DNA of 64,000 nt from positions 9,172 to 73,171 of the forward strand of contig DASYXA010000065.1 in the NCBI GenBank assembly GCA_035935465.1, written 5' to 3'. Of the stretch, positions 56,283 to 64,000 are shown in pieces. Numbering within the stretch: position 1 is the first letter of the stretch; the number at the start of each line of letters is the position of its first letter. The notes beneath the pieces were generated by a model. The model was not told where the DNA came from and searched no databases. It was given only the letters and a program-made list of their open reading frames with translations. The position numbers were made by a program, and so were the translations under genes. Source of the stretch: Candidatus Limnocylindria bacterium (GTDB taxonomy: Bacteria > Chloroflexota > Limnocylindria > P2-11E).

Positions 56283-56325
56283 CTCTGTATACGCCTATAG
56301 GAATATACCTGTCAAGGAATATTCA
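56283..56325 (-). promoter_or_regulatory. Promoter TTGACA-18-TATACA that places the TSS about at the ArsR GTG (leaderless), overlapped by an AT-rich imperfect inverted repeat (AATATACC-N6-GGAATATT) as candidate ArsR operator.
   Basis: Hexamers read on the minus strand. The island is AT-rich in GC-rich DNA. The dyad centres on the -35 element. Confidence 0.5.
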
Positions 56326-57037
56326 TGACCAGACACCGCAGCACGCGCGGTGGGTCCGTCCGGCGGCTCCCGACCGCGGACCCGAGCCGGATCAGCCCCT
56401 CCCGGGGCGGCGGCGGGCCGAACCGCCGCACGGTCGTCGCCAGGATCGCGGCCGCGGTCGGGGTCGTGAGCTCGCCGGCCTCCGGCCCCTCGCGGGTCGT
56501 CGGCAGCGAGCGGAGCAGCTCGGCCGTCGCCGGCGGCGGCACCGGGAAGGTCCCGTGGGAGAACGTGATCGTGCCCCCACCCACGTTGATCGGCGACGCT
56601 TCGACGGCCTCGACCGCGAGCGCAGCGCAGAGCGCGTGGAAGCCGACGACATCGAGGAGGGTGTCGGCCGCGGAGAGCTCGTGGAGCTGGAGTCGCTCGA
56701 GCGGCACCCCGTGGATCCTGGACTCGACCGCGCCGAGCCGGCCGATGGTCCGCGCGGCGGCGCGGCGGACCGCCTCGGGGAGGCCGCTCCGGTCGATCGC
56801 CGCGAGCGCCGCGGGGAGCTGCCGCTCGACCGCGGGTCCGCGCTCCGTCAGGCGGAGTCGCGCGGCGCGCCGTGCGCCCAGCGGGATCTCGTCGATGGCG
56901 ATCTCGAGCTCATCGCCCAGACCGAGCGCGTCGCGGACCGCGATCAGCCGGTCGAGCGGAGCGCCCGCGTCGAGGAGCGCGGCCAGCAGCATGTCCCCGG
57001 CCGCACCGGCGGAGCAGTCGAAGTACGCGATCCGCAC
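56312..57037 (-). CDS. LarC/DUF111 N-terminal-domain-only protein (nickel-insertion protein family), apparently truncated relative to full-length LarC.
   Basis: MRIAYFDCSAGAAGDMLLAALLDAG is the DUF111 N-terminal signature. At 241 aa it lacks the ~140-aa C-terminal domain. Confidence 0.65.
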   Translation of the reverse strand: MRIAYFDCSAGAAGDMLLAALLDAGAPLDRLIAVRDALGLGDELEIAIDEIPLGARRAARLRLTERGPAVERQLPAALAAIDRSGLPEAVRRAAARTIGRLGAVESRIHGVPLERLQLHELSAADTLLDVVGFHALCAALAVEAVEASPINVGGGTITFSHGTFPVPPPATAELLRSLPTTREGPEAGELTTPTAAAILATTVRRFGPPPPREGLIRLGSAVGSRRTDPPRVLRCLVMNIP

Positions 57038-57093
57038 TCAGGGCCCTTCGGCGTGGTCGGCCCCGACCCGGCGCTCCCGCGGCGGGTCGTCCA

Positions 57094-58268
57094 CTACGCC
57101 ACGCGCGTGCCGGCCTGGTACACCGCCCACACCCGCCAGAGGGCCCGGGCATCGGAGAGCGGATCGCCATGAACGAGGACGAGGTCGGCGGGCATCCCCG
57201 GCTCGATCCGCCCGGCGTGCGCTTCGCCGAGGAGCTCGCCGCCCGCGCGCGTCGCCGCGACGAGCGCCTCGCGCGGCGTGAGCCCGGCGGCCACGAGCAG
57301 CTCGACCTCCCAGGCGAGATGTCCGGCGCGCACCGAGCCGCCGCCGAAGTCCGAGCCGGTCGCGATACGCACGCCGGCGCGCTTCGCGACCGCGACCGAC
57401 GCGTACGCGCCCTCCTTCCGCGTCGCGATGCGCCGCGCGCCGTCCGTCGTCGTGAAGCGCTCGATCGCGGTGGTGCGAGCGAAGCTCTCCCACGACGCGA
57501 AGACGGAGAGCGTCGAGGTGAGGGTCACGTTGTTCCGCCGCATCGTGCGCGCGATGTCGTCGTCGAGCTCCATGCCGTGCTCGATCGAGTCGACGCCCGC
57601 CGCGGCCGCGACGCGCGCGCCGTCGAGGTATCCCGAGGGCAGGCGACGCGCGCGCCGCGGGCGTGGACGGCGTTCGTCATCGCGGTCATCGCCGCGACGC
57701 TGAACGGCGAGTCCTTCACGCCGCCCGGCGCGTCCATATAGATCTTCACGAAGTCGGTGCCGAGATCGAGCTGGCCGAGCGCGGCCGCGGTGAGGCCCTC
57801 GTCGTCGGTGGTCACCCACAGGTCCGGGTACCCGGTCTTGCCGATCCAGGTGCCCGCCACGCGGATGTACGGCTCGCCGGCCTTGCCCCGCAGCTCCTCG
57901 CGCACATCGAGCGAGATCGGCCGCCCGGCGCTGCTCGGCGCGCCGACATCGCGGGCCCACAGCACGCCGGCCTGCACGAGCCGGTGCGCGTTGGCGCGCG
58001 CGACGTCGCGAAGCACGGCGGGCGGGTCGCCACCGCGGTCGATCCAGTGACTGCCGCCCGGCATGGTGAGATGGCTGTGGCAGTCGACCATCGCCGGCAC
58101 GATGACCGCGCCGCCGGTGTCGATGACGGTCGCGCCGGTATGGTCGATCCCGTCGTTCGGTCCGATCGCCTCGATCCTGCCGTCCGCGATCGCGACGCTC
58201 ACGCCGAGGCGCAGCGAGTCCGACGACCCGTCGGCGAATGCCGCGTCGCGCAGCACGGTGCGCGTCAC
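57094..58268 (-). pseudogene. Metal-dependent amidohydrolase-family gene interrupted by a frameshift (35-bp insertion/duplication).
   Basis: The N-terminal half ...AMVDCHSHLTMPGG....MTNAVHARGARVA is in one frame and the C-terminal half GARVAAAAGVDSIEHG...GSDFGGGS...PADLVLV is in another. Deleting 35 bp between two 14-bp direct repeats (57608–57621, 57643–57656) restores HARGARVAAAAGVDSIEHG. Confidence 0.6.
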
Positions 58269-58789
58269 TTCGCCGGCCCGGCGGCCTGACCCTCGCCCTG
58301 ATACCTCCCCTTGTAGCCCTCGGCCGTCGCGGCGGACAGGCGCAGGAACACGAGCTGCAGGACCGCCGCGCCACGCTGCAGCCGGTAGCCCTTCGGATTG
58401 AGGACGCTCAGCAGACCTTCGCCCCGGCCCGAGTACCCCGCGTCCCAGACCGCGGTGTGGATCGCGACGCCGGAGCGCAGCAGCGTCGAGCGCGGCCGCG
58501 CGAGCGCCATGAGATCCGCCGGCAGGTTGACCTTCTCGGCGTAGCCGATCACGTAGCCGCCCTGATGGAGGTCCCACCACCCGTCGGCGTCGGGCTGGAC
58601 GTCCTCGCGGGCCGCGGGCTCGCGAAGGTGCGGCGCCGCGCCGAGCAGGCCGGGCGAGGTGAGGCGCTGGACCCGCTCCACGCGCAGGTCGATCCCGTTC
58701 GGCTGGATCTGGGTCGCCTCGATGCCCTCGACCAGGGGTGGCTGCGCGGTGATCGCCGCTTTCAGCTCCTCACGCGAGAGCACACTCAC
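58265..58789 (-). CDS. dcd: dCTP deaminase (dUTPase-fold).
   Basis: VSVLSREELKAAI....EATQIQPNGIDLRV.....GYVIGYAEKVNLPADL....RSTLLRSGVA is a Dcd signature. 174 aa from the GTG at 58789. The first 570 aa of the tracked 743-aa ORF are antisense junk. Confidence 0.8.
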   Translation of the reverse strand: MSVLSREELKAAITAQPPLVEGIEATQIQPNGIDLRVERVQRLTSPGLLGAAPHLREPAAREDVQPDADGWWDLHQGGYVIGYAEKVNLPADLMALARPRSTLLRSGVAIHTAVWDAGYSGRGEGLLSVLNPKGYRLQRGAAVLQLVFLRLSAATAEGYKGRYQGEGQAAGPAK

Positions 58790-58837
58790 TGGCACGGATG
58801 CTAGGCGGGCAGGCGGCCAGATGCCACACTTCGCCCG

Positions 58838-59305
58838 ATGCCCGACCTCGCACCGAAGCCCGTCGCCGCGTCGAAGACCGTGTTCGCGAAGTCGATGCTG
58901 CCGAGCGACGCCAACCCCTCGGGGAACGTGCACGGCGGCGAGATCATGAAGCTCATCGACGAGTGCGCCGGCGCGGCCGCGGGCCGCCACGCCCGCCGCC
59001 GCGTCGTGACGGCGCGGGTGGACGAGCTCTCGTTCCTCGCACCGGTCTACGTCGGCAATCTGGTCACGGCTCGGGCATCGGTGAACGACGTCGGCACGAA
59101 GAGCATGGAGATCGGCGTGCGCGTCGACGCCGAGGACATGCTCACCGGCACGGTCGTCCACGTGTCGTCCGCGTATCTCGTGTACGTCGCGATCGACGGC
59201 GACGGCAAGCCGGTCCCGATACCGCCGGTCATCGCCGAGACCGACGAGGAGCGGCGCCGGATGGCCGCGGCGAAGGTCCGGCGCGCGCGCCGCGTTCAGC
59301 GGTAG
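58838..59305 (+). CDS. Hotdog-fold acyl-CoA thioesterase (YciA/4HBT-like).
   Basis: PSGNVHGGEIMKLIDECAGAAA is a typical acyl-CoA hydrolase motif. Confidence 0.8.
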   Translation: MPDLAPKPVAASKTVFAKSMLPSDANPSGNVHGGEIMKLIDECAGAAAGRHARRRVVTARVDELSFLAPVYVGNLVTARASVNDVGTKSMEIGVRVDAEDMLTGTVVHVSSAYLVYVAIDGDGKPVPIPPVIAETDEERRRMAAAKVRRARRVQR

Positions 59306-59332
59306 CATCCCGCCAGCGCGAAGGAGGCAGAG

Positions 59333-60358
59333 ATGAGAGGCGCACGCACCCTGTCCGTGACTCTGGCGATGCTGCTGGTCGCAGCCGGCTGCCAGGCCCC
59401 GCGAGCCACCTCGAGCGGCACGACGCCACCGCCGGCTGTGAGCGCGAGCGCCACCGCGAGCGCGGCGCCCGACTTCACCGGCAAGACGCTGAACGTCGTC
59501 ACCGGGGGCACCGGGGGCGTGTACATCCTGTACGGCGCCGCGCTGGCCGACCTGCTCACCAAGAAGATGAAGGTCGCCGCGAGCGCCGAGTCGACCGCGG
59601 CGTCGGTCGCGAACATGCAGCTGATCCGGGACGGCAAGGCCGATCTCGCGTTCAGCCTGTCCGACACCACGTACGACGCGGTGAAGGGCAATGGCACGTT
59701 CAAGGACAAGCCCGCGGACGCGAAGGCGCTCGCGGTCCTGTACACGAACTTCACCCACATCGTCGTCAAGGACGGCGCGGGCATCAATACGATCGCGGAC
59801 CTCAAGGGCAAGCGCGTGTCGGTCGGCGCGGCCAACTCCGGCACGGAGGTCATCGCGAACCGGGTCCTCGATGTGAATGGCCTCGATCCGGCGAAGGACA
59901 TCCAGCGCGAGCGGCTCGGGGTCGCCGACTCGGCTAGCGGCCTGCACGACGGCAAGCTCGACGCGTTCTTCTGGAGCGGGGGGCTGCCGACGCCGCAGAT
60001 CACCGACCTCGCGAACAACACGAAGCTCAAGCTGCTCGACCAGGGCGACACGGTCACCAAGCTCGCGGCGAAGTACGGCCCGTTCTACTTCGCCGCGAAG
60101 ATCCCCGCGGGCGCCTACAAGGACGTCGGCGCCAGCGTCAGCGCGGGTGTCGCCAACATCCTCGTGGTCCCGACCAAGATGGACCCGGCCCTGGCCCGGG
60201 CGATCCTCCAGACGATCTTCGACAACAAGGCGGACCTCGAGGCCGTGCGCCCGGAGGCCAAGGATCTGACCCTCGCGTCGGCGACCGTCGGCTCGCCGAT
60301 CGACTTCCATCCGGGGGCCATCGACTTCTACAAGTCGAAAGGCGTTTGGAAGCCGTGA
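59333..60358 (+). CDS. TAXI-family TRAP transporter substrate-binding lipoprotein.
   Basis: Signal peptide with lipobox LVAAGC, and TGGTGGVY, the TAXI/Imm (TIGR02122) motif. Confidence 0.85.
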   Translation: MRGARTLSVTLAMLLVAAGCQAPRATSSGTTPPPAVSASATASAAPDFTGKTLNVVTGGTGGVYILYGAALADLLTKKMKVAASAESTAASVANMQLIRDGKADLAFSLSDTTYDAVKGNGTFKDKPADAKALAVLYTNFTHIVVKDGAGINTIADLKGKRVSVGAANSGTEVIANRVLDVNGLDPAKDIQRERLGVADSASGLHDGKLDAFFWSGGLPTPQITDLANNTKLKLLDQGDTVTKLAAKYGPFYFAAKIPAGAYKDVGASVSAGVANILVVPTKMDPALARAILQTIFDNKADLEAVRPEAKDLTLASATVGSPIDFHPGAIDFYKSKGVWKP

Positions 60359-60359
60359 C

Positions 60360-60836
60360 GTGCGGGCGCTGGTCGCCCCGCTCTTCCTTCTCCTGACCGT
60401 GACGGGGGCGGCGCTCGCCGCCCCTGTTCCCGTCCTCGCGCTCGGATCGATCGGCACCTCGATCACGCTGCCGCTCGCGGAAGGCGAGCGCTTCACCTCG
60501 AGCTACGTCCAGTCGATCTACCGGGTACCGGTGATCGAAGAGCTGGAGCGGCACGCTGATGCCGTCCGCCTGCTGCGGGTCCGGTCGACGGACCGGCGGG
60601 CGGTGGAGTACTTCGGCTGGCACGGCGAGATCCGGAGCGAGGGCGGCTGGTACATCGAGGAGGCTCCGCCGGTCGAGCTACCGCAGCTCGTGATCCGGAC
60701 CACCGCGATGTGGGATCAGCGGATCTCCGAGCCGAACGGGAGCGTCCCGCTGGCGGCGCGATTCGGGGACGAGGCGCGGGTCACGGTCCGTCCGATCACG
60801 GTGGCCCGGCTCGTGGCCGTGCTCACGGCGCGATGA
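60360..60836 (+). CDS. DUF1850-family protein (accessory to TAXI-TRAP systems).
   Basis: N-terminal TM segment. Position between the TAXI receptor and the fused permease. Its stop overlaps the permease ATG (ATGA). Confidence 0.65.
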   Translation: MRALVAPLFLLLTVTGAALAAPVPVLALGSIGTSITLPLAEGERFTSSYVQSIYRVPVIEELERHADAVRLLRVRSTDRRAVEYFGWHGEIRSEGGWYIEEAPPVELPQLVIRTTAMWDQRISEPNGSVPLAARFGDEARVTVRPITVARLVAVLTAR

Positions 60837-62860
60837 GCGACGAGGTCATCGCGCGACCCGACCTCGATCAGGTGCTCACGGACGACAAGAACCGCGAGAT
60901 CATCGAAGCGTTCGAGAACGAGTCGAAGACCCGCACGCTGAGCGGGGCGTGGGGCCGGGCGGTCACGATCCTCTCGGTCGCGACGACGCTCTTCGCCCTC
61001 TATTACGCGGCCGCCGGCGCGGACATCCCGGGGACCACCTTCGTGCTGATCCCCGACGTCCGGATCCTCGGGCAGACCCTCACCACGCCGCAGATCTACG
61101 TGATGCTGTTCCTCTCGGCGACGCTCGTGCTCACGTTCCTGGTGTACCCGGCCGGCCATCGCTGGCTGGGACGGGTGCACCCGACGGATGTCGCGCTCGC
61201 GATCGCCGCGGTCGCGATCACCGCGTACGTGTTCGTCGACTTCGACCAGGTCATCTACCGGATCAACACCCCGACCCCGGTCGACTTCGCCTTCGGCGTG
61301 CTCGCGATCCTCCTGGTGATGGAGGCCGCCCGCCGGACGATCGGCTGGCACCTGCCGGTGCTCGGGATCCTTTCGATCGCCTACGCGTACTTCGCGGACT
61401 TCATGCCCGGGCCGTTCCGCGGCCCGCCGAAGGACCTCGACTCGATCATCGGCAACCAGTACCTCGGCCTCGACGGGATGCTCGGGACGCCGCTCCAGGT
61501 GGCGGCCACGTTCATCATCCTGTTCACGATCTACGGCGCGATCCTCGACTACACCGGGGCCGGGAAGTTCTACGTCGATCTCGCGTTCGCGCTGACCGGG
61601 CGCAAGCCGACGGGCGCCGGCCGCACGGTCACGCTGGCGTCCTTCCTGCTCGGGACGGTCTCCGGGTCGGGGGTCGCGACCACGGTGACCCTCGGATCGA
61701 TCACCTACCCGATGCTGAAGCGGGCCGGTCACGATCGCGAGTCATCGGGCGCGATCCTGTCGGCGGGCGGCATCGGCGCGGTCATCTCGCCGCCGGTGCT
61801 CGGGCCCGCGGCGTTCATCATGGCCGAGATCCTCCGGGTCAGCTACCTCGACATCGTGATCATGGCGATGATGCCGACGATCCTGTTCTACCTCGGCATC
61901 CTGCTGATGATCGAGATCGATGCCCGCCGCCTCGGGGCGAAGGCGATCCAGCTCGACGCGCCGGGATTCTGGAAGCTGACCTTCCGCTACTGGTACCAGT
62001 ACACCTCGCTGTTCGCGATCATCGTCTTCCTGCTCCTCGGATTCAGCACGGTCACCGCGATCTTCTGGTCGATCATCCTGGCCATCGCCGTCTCCTACAT
62101 CCGCCGCGAGACCGCGCTCTCGCTCGCGAAGCTCGTGGCGGCGCTCGCCAGCGGCACCCGCCAGGTGCTCACGGTCACCGCGACGACCGCCGTCGCGGGG
62201 ATCACGGTCGGCATCCTCCTGCAGACCGGCCTCGGCCTGAAGATCTCGAGCCTCATCCTCACGCTCGGTCTCGGCAACCTCGTGCTCACCCTGATCATCG
62301 CCGGGATCGTCCTGTGGGTCCTCGGACTGTCCCTTCCGATCACCGCCACCTATCTCGTCGCGGTCCCGACCGTGATCCCCGCGCTCACGTCGCTCGGCGT
62401 GCCGCCTCCCGCGGCGCACATGTTCGTCTTCTACTACGCCGTGCTCAGCGAGGTCTCGCCGCCCGTCGCGCTCTCGCCGTTCGCGGCGGCGGCGATCACC
62501 GGCGGCAACCCGTACAAGACGATGATGCTCACCTGGAAGTACGCGCTGCCGTGCTTCCTCGTGCCGTTCATGTTCACGCAGCCCGGCGGGCTCGCCCTCC
62601 TGTGGCGCGACACGACCGTCGTCGAGGCGGTCGTCGCATCGGTCTCGGCGATCGCCGGGATCATCGCGATCGTGTCGGGCGTCGGCGGCTACCTGCTCAA
62701 GCCGACAAGCCTGATCGAGCGCGTCGCGCTCGTCGCGGCCGGTCTGCTCCTCCTCGCCCCGGGCGCGGCGGCGGACATCGCCGGCCTCGCGCTGTTCGCG
62801 GCTGCCGTCGGGTCGCAGGTCCTGCTGCGGCGGCCGATCGCTCGAACGCGCGCCGCGTGA
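60833..62860 (+). CDS. TRAP transporter fused permease (DctQ-DctM-like, TAXI type).
   Basis: 675 aa from MSDEVIARPDLD with about 18 TM helices. The tracked start at 60710 would overlap the DUF1850 gene. Confidence 0.85.
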   Translation: MSDEVIARPDLDQVLTDDKNREIIEAFENESKTRTLSGAWGRAVTILSVATTLFALYYAAAGADIPGTTFVLIPDVRILGQTLTTPQIYVMLFLSATLVLTFLVYPAGHRWLGRVHPTDVALAIAAVAITAYVFVDFDQVIYRINTPTPVDFAFGVLAILLVMEAARRTIGWHLPVLGILSIAYAYFADFMPGPFRGPPKDLDSIIGNQYLGLDGMLGTPLQVAATFIILFTIYGAILDYTGAGKFYVDLAFALTGRKPTGAGRTVTLASFLLGTVSGSGVATTVTLGSITYPMLKRAGHDRESSGAILSAGGIGAVISPPVLGPAAFIMAEILRVSYLDIVIMAMMPTILFYLGILLMIEIDARRLGAKAIQLDAPGFWKLTFRYWYQYTSLFAIIVFLLLGFSTVTAIFWSIILAIAVSYIRRETALSLAKLVAALASGTRQVLTVTATTAVAGITVGILLQTGLGLKISSLILTLGLGNLVLTLIIAGIVLWVLGLSLPITATYLVAVPTVIPALTSLGVPPPAAHMFVFYYAVLSEVSPPVALSPFAAAAITGGNPYKTMMLTWKYALPCFLVPFMFTQPGGLALLWRDTTVVEAVVASVSAIAGIIAIVSGVGGYLLKPTSLIERVALVAAGLLLLAPGAAADIAGLALFAAAVGSQVLLRRPIARTRAA

Positions 62861-64000
62861 CCGCAGGCCGCGACCGCGCGATCGCGGTCGCCCTCGCCGC
62901 CTTCGTGATCGCGACACGGCTGCCGTTCGTCACCCACCTGCTCTGGGAGTGGGACTCGGTGCTGTACGCGCGCGCGATCGAGCAGGGATTCCACGTCAGC
63001 GCGGTCATCGGCGACCAGCGGCCGCATCCGCCCGGCTACCTCTTCTATGTCGCGCTCTCCGCCGCGTTGCGAACGCTGCTGGCGGACAGCAACACGGCGC
63101 TCGTCGCCGTCGCGGTCATCGGGAGCGCGGGCGCGGTGGTCCTCGTCTATCTCGCGGGGCGGCGGTTCGCGGGCGTCGAGACCGCGACGTTCGCCGCGCT
63201 CGCCTTCGCGGTCGATCCGCTGGTGTGGGCGCACGGGGAGATCGCGCTTCCGTACATCGTCCTCGCTGCCGGATCGTGCGGCCTCGCGCTCGTGTTCTGG
63301 GACGCGCGACGCGGCACCGACCGCCGCGCGATCGCCGCGAGCGTCGGCTTCGGGCTCGCTGCCGGCTTCCGTCAAGACCTCCTGCTGCTCCTCGGTCCGC
63401 TGTGGCTGTGGAGCATGGCCGGGGGTGGACCGCGGCGGGTCGCGACCGGAGCGATCGCGGTCGCCGCGGCCTGCCTGGTCTGGCTGATCCCGTCTGCCGC
63501 CATGTCCGGCGGCGGCGAGGCGTACGCCGGCGCGGTGCTGTCGCAGTCCGGCTCCATCACCGGCGCCTCGGCGCTCGGCGCGGCCGGCGGAGCGGCCCTC
63601 TGGTACGACCTGCGGTTCACGCTCCTCGCGCTCGGGTGGGGTCTGTTCGCCACCGGCCCCGTGCTCCTCGGCCTGCTGCTCGCGCCCGCGCTCCACTGGC
63701 TGCGCCGGCCCGCGCTGCGGTGGCCCGGCGAGCCGGCGACGTTCTTCCTGCTGTGGCTCGGGCCCGGGCTCGCGGTCTACCTGCTGTGGATCATCGGCGA
63801 CTGGGGCTACGTCCTCTCGCTCCTCCCCGGCCTGTACGTGCTGTGCGCGGCGCTGCTCGAGCGCGCGCTCGGATCGGCACGCCGCGCCGCGCTGTCGGTG
63901 TGGCGCGCGGCCGCGGTCGCCCTCATCGCGGGCACGGCCCTGTTCTTCGTCGCGTCCGGGACGCGCTGGTCGGCGAGCCTGCTCGCGTCGCACGATGCGA
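62857..64000 (+). CDS. GT-C-fold membrane glycosyltransferase (ArnT/PMT-like), 3'-partial.
   Basis: Hand translation from the GTG at 62857 (GTGA overlap with the permease stop) gives ...LPFVTHLLWEWDSVLYARAIEQGFHVS...HPPGYLFYVAL, an ArnT/PMT_2-like N-terminus, then more than 10 TM helices to the window end. Absent from the ORF track because it has no stop in the window. Confidence 0.6.
   Translation, partial: MTAGRDRAIAVALAAFVIATRLPFVTHLLWEWDSVLYARAIEQGFHVSAVIGDQRPHPPGYLFYVALSAALRTLLADSNTALVAVAVIGSAGAVVLVYLAGRRFAGVETATFAALAFAVDPLVWAHGEIALPYIVLAAGSCGLALVFWDARRGTDRRAIAASVGFGLAAGFRQDLLLLLGPLWLWSMAGGGPRRVATGAIAVAAACLVWLIPSAAMSGGGEAYAGAVLSQSGSITGASALGAAGGAALWYDLRFTLLALGWGLFATGPVLLGLLLAPALHWLRRPALRWPGEPATFFLLWLGPGLAVYLLWIIGDWGYVLSLLPGLYVLCAALLERALGSARRAALSVWRAAAVALIAGTALFFVASGTRWSASLLASHDA

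Noticed and set aside
1-64000. CRISPR arrays, rRNA genes, transposases, integrases.
   Set aside because: No short regularly spaced repeats, no rRNA-like conserved stretches and no DDE/tyrosine-recombinase motifs were seen. The only mobile-like feature is the repeat-flanked TA cassette.

Overview
High-GC (~70%+) chromosomal segment, apparently from an Actinobacteria-like Gram-positive genome. Genes are densely packed and many adjacent pairs overlap by 1–4 nt (ATGA/GTGA). The left 11 kb is a Bacillus-type pyrimidine operon read on the minus strand: pyrR-pyrB-pyrC-carA-[PhzF-like]-carB-[VOC]-[RHH antitoxin-MazF toxin]-pyrK-pyrD. Three non-pyrimidine inserts are translationally coupled into it. 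A PyrR RNA-binding motif sits in the pyrR leader and an ARG-box-like AT island sits before carA. The rest of the window holds glgA coupled to a GalT/HIT-like nucleotidyltransferase, a Ser/Thr kinase with a polytopic membrane tail, and an SOS-box promoter (GAAC-N4-GTTC under TTGACA) driving two tandem paralogous HNH-endonuclease genes next to a tRNA-Gly(CCC) that the ORF track cannot show. Further right are MFS, EamA, F420/PPOX and amidohydrolase genes, split NHEJ genes (LigD polymerase and ATP ligase as separate convergent ORFs around a lone receiver, no Ku in view), a GT4-GH130-six-hairpin sugar operon, a DAHP synthase, and a hut locus whose hutH and hutU are 3.5 kb apart. That gap contains a lower-GC HigB(Gp49)/XRE toxin-antitoxin cassette flanked by 46-bp near-perfect direct repeats that also encode the C-termini of the two flanking genes. 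The window ends with a MEDS/His-kinase pair, a leaderless ArsR-SRPBCC operon with an AT-rich operator, a LarC N-domain-only gene, an amidohydrolase broken by a 35-bp insertion, dcd, a TAXI-TRAP transporter and a partial GT-C glycosyltransferase. No CRISPR array, rRNA or transposase was seen. Many long R/A/G-rich ORFs in the track are antisense artefacts of the GC content.
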